A stretch of 64,000 nucleotides of DNA from an uncultured Anaerolineaceae bacterium (GCA_964385355.1 CAYLOO010000002.1:30091-94090); one strand, 5' to 3'; shown: positions 17,420-27,457, counted from the stretch's first letter. The notes: a model not told the origin generated them from the sequence alone. Made by a program: numbers and translations.

Positions 17420-19012
17420 ATGAACAAGGATGGTCTGCTCCTAGAAAACGCAATTATCTATACCTTCGGTGACCCTGCTGGTCCAGTTGAGAGCCTGGCA
17501 ATTCAGGACGGCCATATCTTCGCAATCGGCGACAGAGAGCGCCTTATGCAAACTATTCCCTCAAGCTTCACAAGCCTGGACCTTGGCGGACGAGTAATCC
17601 TTCCCGGCTTGACGGATTCCCACATCCACTTCGAGAAATACTCGCTCAATCATGAACAAATAGGCTGTGACACAAATACAATCGATGAGTGTCTTGCCCG
17701 AATTGAGAGCGTAGCCAAGACGCTCCAACCAGGTGAGTGGATACTTGGACATGGGTGGGATCAAAACTTGTGGGGACGATACGGCACGAAAGAGGAGCTT
17801 GATCGAGTCACGGCCAGCAACCCTGCATACATCACCGCGAAATCCCTCCACGCTGCTTGGGCGAATACAGCTGCGCTCAACCAGGCCGGATTGAACACCT
17901 ACTCAGCAGACCCTCCTAAAGGAAAGCTTCAGCGCAGAGAAGACGGAAGCCTGACAGGTATCCTGTATGAATTCGCCATGCTCCTCATCTCCGATCTCAT
18001 TCCGCGACTGTCTCCTTCCGATCTCTCCCGAATAATGCTGCATGGGCAGGATGAACTTCTCCGTTTGGGGATCACTTCAATACATGATTTCGACGGCAAA
18101 AGGTGTCTTCAAGCGCTTCAATTACTAAGGGAAGATTCGCTGCTTCAACTTCGAGCTGTAAATTCAATTCGTTTTGATGATTTTGAAAGCTCCATTGATG
18201 CCGGCTTGCGCACCGGCTTCGGGGATGAGTGGCTCCGCATCGGTGCCGTTAAGCTATTTTCTGATGGCGCCTTAGGACCTCACACAGCAGCTATGCTCAA
18301 TCCCTATGAAGATGATGCAAGTAATTCGGGGATCCTTCTTTTAACTGCAGAAGAAATTACAGAAATTGGCAAGAGAGCAGCAGCGAACGGCCTCGCGCTC
18401 GCTATTCATGCCATTGGCGATCGAGCGAACCGCGTTGTTCTGGACGCTTTTGAAGAGCTGCGGGCATTTGAAGTGGAGAACCAGATCAAACCCCTTCCGC
18501 ATCGAATCGAGCATCTCCAGTTAATCTCGCAAGAAGATACCCAAAGACCGGCATATCTTGACATCATCGTGTCGATGCAACCCATCCATGCAACATCTGA
18601 TATGCAGATGGCTGATCGCTATTGGGGCAATAGAGTCCAACAAAGCTATGGATGGCGTTCTCAGATAAATGCGGGTTCGAAGCTGTTATTCGGCTCAGAT
18701 GCCCCTGTTGATTCTGCAAACCCGTTTATAGGGATTCATTCCGCAGTCACCCGCAAAGCAGTTGATTGCAATGATGATGCATTCTCCTGGGTTCCCGATC
18801 AAAGAATCAATCTTCAAGAAGCCTTCAATGCCTATACAGTCTGGCCTGCGCAATCCATTGGTCTCGGATCTAAGCTGGGAAAGCTTCTTCCCGGATACCT
18901 CGCCGACCTTATCGTGCTTGACGAGGACCCATTCCACCTGGACTATTCTGAACTTCCCTCAATCAAACCTTCGGGGGTGATGGTAAATGGCGAGTGGCAC
19001 TTCTTAGACTAG
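17420..19012 (+). CDS. Amidohydrolase family protein (Amidohydro_3 / YtcJ-like)
   Basis: LPGLTDSHIHF metal-binding start, HAIGD, and GSDAPV near the C-terminus. Confidence 0.85.
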   Translation: MNKDGLLLENAIIYTFGDPAGPVESLAIQDGHIFAIGDRERLMQTIPSSFTSLDLGGRVILPGLTDSHIHFEKYSLNHEQIGCDTNTIDECLARIESVAKTLQPGEWILGHGWDQNLWGRYGTKEELDRVTASNPAYITAKSLHAAWANTAALNQAGLNTYSADPPKGKLQRREDGSLTGILYEFAMLLISDLIPRLSPSDLSRIMLHGQDELLRLGITSIHDFDGKRCLQALQLLREDSLLQLRAVNSIRFDDFESSIDAGLRTGFGDEWLRIGAVKLFSDGALGPHTAAMLNPYEDDASNSGILLLTAEEITEIGKRAAANGLALAIHAIGDRANRVVLDAFEELRAFEVENQIKPLPHRIEHLQLISQEDTQRPAYLDIIVSMQPIHATSDMQMADRYWGNRVQQSYGWRSQINAGSKLLFGSDAPVDSANPFIGIHSAVTRKAVDCNDDAFSWVPDQRINLQEAFNAYTVWPAQSIGLGSKLGKLLPGYLADLIVLDEDPFHLDYSELPSIKPSGVMVNGEWHFLD

Positions 19013-20893
19013 GCGCCGCAAATCTCCTTCTCGTACCGTTACTCCCACCGCATCGAGATGTTCCATCAGCGCTAACGCGTATTTCCTCGATGTTTGAAAT
19101 TTGTCGCGAACATCTGCGACCGTGACTGTTCCGCTTTCCTTCAGGTCTTTCTTAACTTTATCGACCATCTCATCGTACGTATCCGTCTTAAATATAACGT
19201 CATCTGATACCTGCACCAGCGATCCGCTCTCAAGCATGAACCGGACGAGATCCTCTCCGATCTCCTGCGATGTTTCCTTTAGTGATGGCGGAGCGTACGG
19301 GTTAGAATCGAATTTCAAGAGCAATTGATCCACTAATTCTTTCTCATTATCATCAAGCTGAACCCTGTGGTCTTTTAAAGACACATATCCTGGAACGATT
19401 ACAGCATATCCATCTTCTTCAGCCTGTTCTATCAGAAAACTTGCCGTTTTCGTCTCCATCCCCATTTTGCTGCGCAATTCTTCAATTGGCATCCCAACCC
19501 GGAGTGGATTTGACTGGTGGTAATCTGCCAAGAGTTTTCGGATCTGCTCTACCTTCGTCAGCCACGTGTTCTTGTCCATGACTAACGATAAAGATTCCAC
19601 AGATAAGTCACTTGCGTTGTGTGAGATCAGTTCACCGTTTTGGATTAATTCTCGAATTGCTCCTTCTGCTTCATCATCAGAGATACCCGCCTCTTTCAAA
19701 CTATCATATAAGGGTACTGGTCCCATCCTTTCGAGCGTTCTCTGGACAACCGTCGCAGGTGTTCCTCGAAGCAAGGCTTCTAGGTGCCCAATTACAGCAT
19801 GGTCTTTTAGGCGATGTCTTCTTTTTGGATGCGCGTCAGCTACTACCCCACCTCCTAACGTTGAGCTGGGCGAAGGTCGACGTATTATAAATCTGTCTCC
19901 CCTAATAATGATTACTGGGGTTGAGAGGATAAGTTGAAGCCAACCTTCATCGCCCGGGTTGAGCTTCTCACGCCCCAACAATCGGACTTTCGCAACACGC
20001 TGTGCCGCACCTGCATACAGCTTGATTTCTTGATTATGGCGCATTACATGATCCGCATCTGCCAACATTTGAAAGTGGACATCGATCATGCTCGTCGATT
20101 TGCAGGTTCCAGGTTTAATTACAACTTCTCCGCGCTCCACATCATCCACTTCTATTCCGCTGATATTCACCGCTACCCTGCTCCCTTGGAGGGCATGGTC
20201 CAATTTTTCTTTATGTGTTTGCAAGCCACGTATTCTCCCTTTAGAGCCACCGGGTTGTATCTCGACGAGATCACCTACTGTAAGTGTGCCATCTAGCAGT
20301 GTCCCCGTTACAACGGTTCCGAAACCAGCGATTGTAAAGATCCGATCAATGGGCAATCGCGGGACACCTCGATCCTTGCGCCGCGGAATTTCCTGCAAGA
20401 TATCTTGCAGCGATGCCACCAGGTTATCAAGACCTTCGCCCGTTTTTGCTGAGACTCGTACAATCGGTGATTGACCAAGCGAAGAGGCGCTTACTAGCTT
20501 CGATACATCCTCTTCAACCAAGCCAAGCCACTCGTCATCAACAATGTCGATTTTCGTTAGGACGATAATCCCTCTTTGCACGTTTAGAAGATCCAAGATT
20601 GATAGGTGCTCCCTTGTTTGCGGCATGACCCCCTCGTCTGCCGCGACAACAAAGAGAACAGCGTCGATCCCCCCCGCTCCTGCCAACATGTTTTCGATAA
20701 AATCGCGATGTCCTGGAACATCGACGATGCCAACGGATTCGCCATCCGGTAAAGTCAGCCAGGCGAATCCTAAGTCGATCGTCATCTGTCTTCTCTGTTC
20801 TTCGGCTAGCCGGTCTGGATTGATCCCGGTTATCGCTTGAACGAGAGATGATTTGCCGTGATCCACATGTCCTGCCGTTCCAATTACACGCAT
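19004..20893 (-). CDS. selB: Selenocysteine-specific translation elongation factor SelB
   Basis: GTPase start IGTAGHVDHGKSSL...DVPGH. Long C-terminal winged-helix region ending TSRKYALALMEHLDAVGVTVREGDLRRL. Confidence 0.9.
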   Translation of the reverse strand: MRVIGTAGHVDHGKSSLVQAITGINPDRLAEEQRRQMTIDLGFAWLTLPDGESVGIVDVPGHRDFIENMLAGAGGIDAVLFVVAADEGVMPQTREHLSILDLLNVQRGIIVLTKIDIVDDEWLGLVEEDVSKLVSASSLGQSPIVRVSAKTGEGLDNLVASLQDILQEIPRRKDRGVPRLPIDRIFTIAGFGTVVTGTLLDGTLTVGDLVEIQPGGSKGRIRGLQTHKEKLDHALQGSRVAVNISGIEVDDVERGEVVIKPGTCKSTSMIDVHFQMLADADHVMRHNQEIKLYAGAAQRVAKVRLLGREKLNPGDEGWLQLILSTPVIIIRGDRFIIRRPSPSSTLGGGVVADAHPKRRHRLKDHAVIGHLEALLRGTPATVVQRTLERMGPVPLYDSLKEAGISDDEAEGAIRELIQNGELISHNASDLSVESLSLVMDKNTWLTKVEQIRKLLADYHQSNPLRVGMPIEELRSKMGMETKTASFLIEQAEEDGYAVIVPGYVSLKDHRVQLDDNEKELVDQLLLKFDSNPYAPPSLKETSQEIGEDLVRFMLESGSLVQVSDDVIFKTDTYDEMVDKVKKDLKESGTVTVADVRDKFQTSRKYALALMEHLDAVGVTVREGDLRRLV

Positions 20894-20924
20894 GGGGAAT
20901 ACTCACAAGCTACTAGATAGAGAT

Positions 20925-22109
20925 TTACCTGCCTCTTGAGTCCAATTCTGTTATCCATTCTCGGATTGTAGACAATAGTTCGGCAAGTCGCCTTCTATCG
21001 CTTCCTTCGATCTCTCCCAACCGATCGAGCCCATTGCTGAGATTCGATGAAATCTCATCGATCTCAGGTAGCAGTTTATCGTGCAGCCTAGTATGTTCGT
21101 TCCAGCGCTCATCCATGGTTAAGGCATAAGTGCTCCAGCGCCGGTGATCTTCTGATTGAAATTCTCCCCATTTATGCTTAATCCGTTCTTCAGCAAGGCG
21201 CTGCATCTCACCTACCTCGGTAATTCTGCGCTCTAATCGTTCAATAACTTCTTCAAGGTCGCTTTGCATCTGCTTTAAAAAACGATGTGTTCCTTCATAC
21301 GCAATCACTCGCTTATCGATTGCTTCAGCCATTTTTTCGAAAGCTGAATAGCTCTGGTCCCATTCTTTCAAGGTCTTCTCAAATTCAACAGTCTTCAGCC
21401 CCTGAGTCTCCATCCAGAGTTCCTGCGATTCGCGGCGCTCTTTTTCGCTCGCTTGAGATTCATTCGTACGCACATCTAATCGACGAGTAAAGTTTTCCAA
21501 TAACTCTACCTTCGCATTAGCCCCATCAAGACCTTTCTTATGTCTTTCGATAAGACTTTCAATCTTTATTAGACGTTTGCCAACCTGTTTCTGATTTTCG
21601 CTCAAGGAGACCGTTTTCCGTTTTCCCGTTTCGTACTCTTCAAACGAGCGCTCTTGCTTTTCCTTGATAGCATTGAGCTCTTTTCTTATTTGAATCTCCT
21701 CCTCTCGACGATTCTCCAGGAGTTGTTCTAGTTTTTCTAGCCGCAATAACTCCTTTCGAACATTTTCGAGTCTTTTGGAAAACTCTTTTTGGTCTGTCTT
21801 ACGGAGGACTTCAAGGCCCTTTTCTTTCTCTGTGCGTCTTTCTTCAACATCTTCTAATTGACGCGATATCTCGTTTCGATGCTTCGCCAAAGCATCATCC
21901 ATTTGATGGATCCTCGCTGCAAGAGCCGCTGTTCGGGACGTTTCTTCAGATAGCCCTAGAATTTTTTGATCGAGTTTCTCAATGGATTCTTCAAGGTATT
22001 TGTTTCTGTCAAGAAGAGCCTGCAATTGTTCGGAGTCTTTAATCCGTTGCTCATCAAGCCATTTAAGCCTTTTCTCAATATCCTTTTGATCCATCTTCCT
22101 GCCTCCCAC
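20925..22109 (-). CDS. Coiled-coil protein of unknown function
   Basis: 394 aa, very rich in E/K/R/L with heptad-like periodicity. No TM segment or recognisable enzymatic motif. Confidence 0.7.
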   Translation of the reverse strand: MGGRKMDQKDIEKRLKWLDEQRIKDSEQLQALLDRNKYLEESIEKLDQKILGLSEETSRTAALAARIHQMDDALAKHRNEISRQLEDVEERRTEKEKGLEVLRKTDQKEFSKRLENVRKELLRLEKLEQLLENRREEEIQIRKELNAIKEKQERSFEEYETGKRKTVSLSENQKQVGKRLIKIESLIERHKKGLDGANAKVELLENFTRRLDVRTNESQASEKERRESQELWMETQGLKTVEFEKTLKEWDQSYSAFEKMAEAIDKRVIAYEGTHRFLKQMQSDLEEVIERLERRITEVGEMQRLAEERIKHKWGEFQSEDHRRWSTYALTMDERWNEHTRLHDKLLPEIDEISSNLSNGLDRLGEIEGSDRRRLAELLSTIREWITELDSRGR

Positions 22110-22146
22110 GTAAAAGGCGACGATTCCCTTTATTTGGGGATCTTGT

Positions 22147-23538
22147 TTATAAAAATAGATTCGCTAGTCCGGACGCAACATCTTCTACCCATGGAAAGAC
22201 AAGCTGCGGGAATAAGCCAAGAAGCAACAGCAAAATAATTCCACCCAGAAGAAAGATTCGGGGCTCTTTCGACACTGTGATTAATTCCTCGCCATCCCCT
22301 TTCCCGAAAAGAATTGCCGCCCATCTAATTACAAGCACACCCAATCCAATCATTGAGAATATTACAGCACCTGCCGCAAGTTTATCTCCTTGGAGCACTG
22401 CAGTTAAGAGCGACCATCTTCCAGGAAATCCTGCCGTGAGAGGAGTTCCTGCAGCCGAGAGCAATCCAATAAGGAAAGCGACCGCTGCAAATGGCATCTT
22501 ATATCCTACACCTCCCATCTGACTAATTAAACGCTTAACATTACATAAATACGATAACCCCAACGCAAGCACCCCAAGAGCAACCACACGCACAGCGCTA
22601 AGGCTCAACGCTATACGGAAAGCATCTTCGGTTCCAGATCCAACTGCGATCAGCATCACGCCCAAATCAACCAACAATGCATAGGCCATTAATTTCTTTA
22701 TGTCTCTTTGGCTGGCCGAGAACACAACCGCTAAAATCGTGGTAATAATCCCCGCGATTCGAATCCCATCGAATATTAACGTTTGTTCTCTTAACCATAG
22801 GTAACTGTCTAAAAATCTCAGCAAGAAGAAAAAGCCAGCACTCTGAAGGATAACCAGAATAAATATTAATAAATATGGATCTGACTCATCGGCAGATTTT
22901 GGCAGCCATAAATGAAAAGGTGGAACTGTCATCAAAATGGCAAATCCGAAACCGAGCATAAATGTCACCCGCATGGCCAGAACCGGGGTTGCGCTTGTGA
23001 TTCCAGCTACATCTAACAACGATCCGGTGAATAGGATGCTGATCATCGCAAACGTGTAAAGAATCAGCATTCGAGTTGCGCCGGTGCTCCTGGTATGCTG
23101 TTGTGTAACAAGAACAAACACGGCACCCATAGCTGCCAGCTCAATAAACACTGCCGCAAACACAAATGGATCTACCATCAGCGACGCAGCCACTATTGCC
23201 AGGATTAATAGTCCTACAGACGGAAAGAATCGATTTACTTTAGCAGCCCATGCTGCAGGTAATAGAAAGGTACCAGCTAGATAGAGAAATCCAATTAGCG
23301 GTCGTACATTATCACTCAAGGAAAACATACGCCCCAAGATAATCCACTCGCTCGCGAACTTAATTGAAAAATCCCCGAAGAGGAACGCCTCATCAAATGG
23401 GACCAATAACACAAATGCCGCAATGGAACCTGCCCCAATTGCAGCTGCAAACGCAGACGTCATTCGCTGGTGTCGCAGAACCAAGCACAACAGCGAATAT
23501 ATAACGGTTAAAAGGAAAATAATCAGGCCCGCACTCAT
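22147..23538 (-). CDS. Polytopic membrane protein, diverged NuoN/MrpD-type antiporter-like subunit (Proton_antipo_M-like)
   Basis: About 14 predicted TM segments. PPFHLWLPKSADESDPYLL aligns to the family core HxWLPxAxxxAPTPVSALLH, but most flanking conserved positions differ. Confidence 0.65.
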   Translation of the reverse strand: MSAGLIIFLLTVIYSLLCLVLRHQRMTSAFAAAIGAGSIAAFVLLVPFDEAFLFGDFSIKFASEWIILGRMFSLSDNVRPLIGFLYLAGTFLLPAAWAAKVNRFFPSVGLLILAIVAASLMVDPFVFAAVFIELAAMGAVFVLVTQQHTRSTGATRMLILYTFAMISILFTGSLLDVAGITSATPVLAMRVTFMLGFGFAILMTVPPFHLWLPKSADESDPYLLIFILVILQSAGFFFLLRFLDSYLWLREQTLIFDGIRIAGIITTILAVVFSASQRDIKKLMAYALLVDLGVMLIAVGSGTEDAFRIALSLSAVRVVALGVLALGLSYLCNVKRLISQMGGVGYKMPFAAVAFLIGLLSAAGTPLTAGFPGRWSLLTAVLQGDKLAAGAVIFSMIGLGVLVIRWAAILFGKGDGEELITVSKEPRIFLLGGIILLLLLGLFPQLVFPWVEDVASGLANLFL

Positions 23539-24152
23539 AAATCGTGATTCTCCGACATCACATAACGTATCTGGATAGAAATAATGTAACTGAATACGAG
23601 TACGATACCCAGATGAACCATTGCCAGCAAGGCAACCAGTGCCAGCGCAGGTTCAATGAAACCGTAGATTAACTCAGCACCTGACACAAGTGTGAGCAAC
23701 CCGATTCCGATTCTCAGCTTATCCGTTCCTAATCCCAAATTCAATAGGCTGGAAGCGATAAGAAATGAGGCGCCCACACTCGCTTCGATTCTTATGTCAA
23801 ATTGTGCAAATAAGTTACTTCTTGCGACGCTTACAGACGCAACCAATACAATAAGTAATGCAATGATACGAAAAGGTAAATTGGCTGATAACAGCTGCTC
23901 ATCCCCTTGCAAAGGCTCATTACCAATTTGTCGAATTCCGAGGTACAAGATTACACACACCAGTAATCCGGTCACCAATTTTGCAGCAACACCTGCGGCT
24001 GGCAAACTCGTAGCTGCCAACCATGAGATGGATAGGTATTGCACCGCAAGAATAAGCATTGATCTTGGTTGTGGCTTCATAATAGCGAGAGCAGTTCCCG
24101 TTATGAAGATAAAAATCACAGGCAAGATCAAGTAATTATTGAGCCAGGTCAT
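23535..24152 (-). CDS. Small polytopic membrane protein (possibly NuoJ/K- or MrpB/C-like)
   Basis: 205 aa, about 6 hydrophobic segments. Overlaps the downstream gene by 4 bp. The similarity call is weak. Confidence 0.55.
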   Translation of the reverse strand: MTWLNNYLILPVIFIFITGTALAIMKPQPRSMLILAVQYLSISWLAATSLPAAGVAAKLVTGLLVCVILYLGIRQIGNEPLQGDEQLLSANLPFRIIALLIVLVASVSVARSNLFAQFDIRIEASVGASFLIASSLLNLGLGTDKLRIGIGLLTLVSGAELIYGFIEPALALVALLAMVHLGIVLVFSYIISIQIRYVMSENHDL

Positions 24153-24158
24153 TTAAGA

Positions 24159-25712
24159 TCACCTCAAAGCGAGAAGGAGCGCCGCAATGAAGGCAAACAT
24201 CCAAAGCATTGCAGCTTCGCCCTCGAATAGTTCACCAATAGATCTTGCCATACTAAGCGCACGACGAAGGACGTTCCAGATCACTGAGAATATCCATTGC
24301 GGATTTATGCCCAGAAACATAGCCCTCCATCGCGTAAATTCAATCTTTTCAATATTGCGCAATGCGAAGAAGGCACCCACACCTACGGCAACTGCTACTG
24401 CTGTAACAATCCCTCCTTCAATGCTGGAAGTCCCTTGAATCCAGAAACCCAGCCCTATACTTACTAAAACTGGCAATGCCAAGCCCATGCTATACATGAC
24501 TCGAATAAGACTTTCACCGGTAGGCCATGGCTCCTCTTCCGAAAAGAAGAGATGGATCGCACCGAGAGAGAGGCTGCTTATTCCTATGATTCCTATTAAA
24601 GCCTGAATCCATGTTCCCTCATTCAATGCCGATTGACCTATCACCGAACTAATCAGCCCCCCTGGACTCCAAGGTATGCCAACTAGCAGCACTGAGGCAA
24701 AAACAGGCCAAACGCGATGCGAGGGTGTATGGATTTGAACAAGCGATAGCAATACTCCAACAAGCAACAGCAATACACTTGTCACGAATAGGACATCGCC
24801 ATTCGCAGAAGCGCTGCTGCTTGCCAGGATGCCAACACCTGCGAGACCCATAACAAAAAATGGGCCTGCCAAGACCCGATTCTCTTCCAGCATCCAGCGA
24901 ACTCCCCCGAGCAGGATTCCTATCGCTCCAGCCAATGCTAGCCAGAATCTTATTGCTGAAGGTGCTCCATTTTCAAGAAATCTCGCGAGCAGTAAGAGCG
25001 CAAGCGCCGGTGGTAACAAACGCAATAGTGAACCTGCGCCTCTCCGGAAAGGGGAAGGGGAAGGCAATGTTAACTGCAAAGGAATCACTCCTAACCGTAG
25101 TAAAACCCCCATGAGAAACATCAACGCCGCCGGTGTGGAAAAGGACGCGGCGTCAAGACCTGCTCCAATTCCTTCGATTGAGTTAATCCAGGCTGCCGTG
25201 ACGATTAAGAACACACTCACCAAGTCAACGCCGGCTCGAACTATCGCTCGGTGGATGTCTTCCACGTTTTCCATAAAGTAAATAAAGAAAATAAAAGAGC
25301 ACAAATCTAATAATGCAAATGTAAGTACAGCGGTGAGTAAATTGATCGCGAAAGCAACCAACATGGCCAGTGCTGCGTATACAAACCAGAACACCCGTAC
25401 GCCCGTCGATGCACTGTCTGAACTTACAGCAGCAGTTAGAATCATCGAGAGAAGAACGGTCGTAATACAATACGCAAGTCCCCAGCCAGTTCTGTCGAGT
25501 GAAAATTCAAGAGGGGTCTGAAATAAGTTTGCCGGTTGCCATATTGAGAAACTTGCAGCATCAGGTATCGCCGCGAGCATCACTAGAGACAAAAACCAGA
25601 TGAGCAATACGAGCGACGTGCTCACAACCCATTGAGTCCGAGATGGGCTATTGCGGACAAGCCATGTTGCGCCCGCAGCGAGCAGGAGAGCGATAATTGG
25701 AATAAATAGCAT
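24159..25712 (-). CDS. Polytopic membrane protein, highly diverged NuoL/MrpA-type antiporter-like subunit
   Basis: 517 aa, more than 14 hydrophobic segments. GVIPLQLTLPSPSPFRRGAGSLLRLLPPALALLLLARF occupies the position of the family FPLHxWLPDAMEGPTPVSAL...LLAR block. Confidence 0.55.
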   Translation of the reverse strand: MLFIPIIALLLAAGATWLVRNSPSRTQWVVSTSLVLLIWFLSLVMLAAIPDAASFSIWQPANLFQTPLEFSLDRTGWGLAYCITTVLLSMILTAAVSSDSASTGVRVFWFVYAALAMLVAFAINLLTAVLTFALLDLCSFIFFIYFMENVEDIHRAIVRAGVDLVSVFLIVTAAWINSIEGIGAGLDAASFSTPAALMFLMGVLLRLGVIPLQLTLPSPSPFRRGAGSLLRLLPPALALLLLARFLENGAPSAIRFWLALAGAIGILLGGVRWMLEENRVLAGPFFVMGLAGVGILASSSASANGDVLFVTSVLLLLVGVLLSLVQIHTPSHRVWPVFASVLLVGIPWSPGGLISSVIGQSALNEGTWIQALIGIIGISSLSLGAIHLFFSEEEPWPTGESLIRVMYSMGLALPVLVSIGLGFWIQGTSSIEGGIVTAVAVAVGVGAFFALRNIEKIEFTRWRAMFLGINPQWIFSVIWNVLRRALSMARSIGELFEGEAAMLWMFAFIAALLLALR

Positions 25713-25840
25713 ACTTATCTTGTGGAGAGGTTCCTCAGCTTTTTTCGACGTTTAGCATACCACGGAAGCGCCCTCATGCTATACTTTTTACGCTTCTTCA
25801 CAGAATCTAATCCTAGGCCGACGAAAAGAGACTTAATGAA

Positions 25841-27457
25841 ATGACCAAGCGAATCACTCCAACCAAGGACCATCCATCGTCGAACCCTGTCGTAATCGAC
25901 GGCAACCATCTTACACTAGCGAACCTTAAATCCGTTGTTCGCTTCAAAACCCGAGTTGATCTCGATAAATCAGCAAGAGAGAGAATAAACCAATCCGCTA
26001 AGAATCTTAAACGGCTTGCATCTTCTAAAGCCCCAATCTATGGTGTGAATACTGGTTACGGTATTTTTGCCGATCGGCGTCTGGATTCCTCCCAGGCATC
26101 GAAGATCTCGGACAATCTGGTTCTGAGTCACGCAGTAGCGGTCGGAGATCCTTTCTCAGAGGAGGTCGTTAGAGCTGCGATTCTCATTCGGGCAAACTCT
26201 CTTGCACATGGATACTCTGGCGTAAGAACCGAAATCATCGACGTCCTTCTTTCGTTATTAAATAAAGGTGTAACACCTTACATTCCCTCTCAAGGCTCAT
26301 TAGGTTCATCGGGTGATCTCGCCCAATTAGCTCAACTCGCACTTGTTATTACAAATTCCGACGCTCGTGAGTTTGGAGATACGGAGGTGCAAGCCTGGTT
26401 CGAAAACAGCCTTCTCCCTGGTCATGAGGCAATGAAAAAAGCAGGTATCGAGCCTATTGTACTCGGCCCAAAGGAAGGCTTAGCGCTCACGAACGGCGCA
26501 ACCTTTTCGACGGCTCTTCTCGCTTTGGCCGTCATAGATTCGCAGCGAGTGCTTTTCTCGAATGAGATCGCTTCATCTATGACCCTCGATGCCCTCCTTG
26601 GCGTTTCTGCCGCGTTTGATGAACGAATCCATGCAGCGAGGCCTTACACCGGGCAACAAGCCGTTGCTCAGAGAATGCGCAACCTTATTGCAGGCAGCCA
26701 GCTTATTGATAGCACTGCAAGGGTGCAGGACGCTTACAGCCTACGCTGCTGCCCTCAAATCCTTGGTCCGATTTGGGATACGCTCGCGTACGCAGAAAAG
26801 GTATGCAATATTGAGATTAACTCAGCAACCGATAATCCCCTGCTATTTGGCGATGATGTCCTCTCAGGGGGAAATTTCCATGGGGAACCCGTGGGTCTTG
26901 CCGCCGATTATCTAAAAATAGCACTTTCGGAGGCTGGATCAATATCAGAGAGGCGAATCTTCAGACTTTTGTCTGAGGATATGAATGCTAACCTCCCGGC
27001 CATGCTTATCGCAGATCGCAGCAAGATCGGTCTCTACTCGGGCTTAATGATGCTTCATTACACTGCCGGTTCGTTGGCGCTTGAAAATCAAGCTCTTGCT
27101 AATCCTAACTCAATTTTCTCTGTGCCTACTTCTGCCGGCCAGGAGGACCATAACGCCAACTCGACTACGGCTGCCAGGAATCTTCGACTCATAGTTGAGA
27201 ACTTGACCTGCATCACCGCAATCGAAATTATCTGCGCTTCCCAAGCTCTCGATTTGCGCATGAAAGAAACCCCCGGGAAATCTCCAGGCTCAGGAACACT
27301 TGTTGCGCTTAAACACATCCGTAAATCTATCGCTTTTATCGAGCGCGACCGGCCATACTCAGTAGACATCAAGCTCATCAGCGAAGTAATCCAATCTGGA
27401 TCACTGCTCACCGCCCTTTATGATGCGGGGTTTGACGATTACCCCCCTGTGCTATAA
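25841..27457 (+). CDS. hutH: Histidine ammonia-lyase-like MIO-family enzyme
   Basis: YGVNTGYG, LSHAVAVG, and GSLGSSGDLAQLAQ at the MIO site (usually GASGDLAPLAH). C-terminal SAGQEDHNAN. Confidence 0.8.
   Translation: MTKRITPTKDHPSSNPVVIDGNHLTLANLKSVVRFKTRVDLDKSARERINQSAKNLKRLASSKAPIYGVNTGYGIFADRRLDSSQASKISDNLVLSHAVAVGDPFSEEVVRAAILIRANSLAHGYSGVRTEIIDVLLSLLNKGVTPYIPSQGSLGSSGDLAQLAQLALVITNSDAREFGDTEVQAWFENSLLPGHEAMKKAGIEPIVLGPKEGLALTNGATFSTALLALAVIDSQRVLFSNEIASSMTLDALLGVSAAFDERIHAARPYTGQQAVAQRMRNLIAGSQLIDSTARVQDAYSLRCCPQILGPIWDTLAYAEKVCNIEINSATDNPLLFGDDVLSGGNFHGEPVGLAADYLKIALSEAGSISERRIFRLLSEDMNANLPAMLIADRSKIGLYSGLMMLHYTAGSLALENQALANPNSIFSVPTSAGQEDHNANSTTAARNLRLIVENLTCITAIEIICASQALDLRMKETPGKSPGSGTLVALKHIRKSIAFIERDRPYSVDIKLISEVIQSGSLLTALYDAGFDDYPPVL

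Noticed and set aside
19004-25712. A selenoprotein gene (in-frame TGA) near selB
   Set aside because: No adjacent same-strand ORF pair in this region or elsewhere in the window can be joined in frame across a TGA. The one in-frame neighbouring pair (43162-43617 and 43654-43998) is separated by a TAA, and read-through past the mvaD TGA hits a TAA after 4 codons.
25715-25909. 64-aa minus-strand ORF overlapping the hutH start
   Set aside because: It overlaps the 5' end of a well-supported gene, has a lysine/arginine-rich low-complexity tail, and lacks a ribosome-binding site. It is probably spurious, though a very short upstream peptide cannot be excluded.
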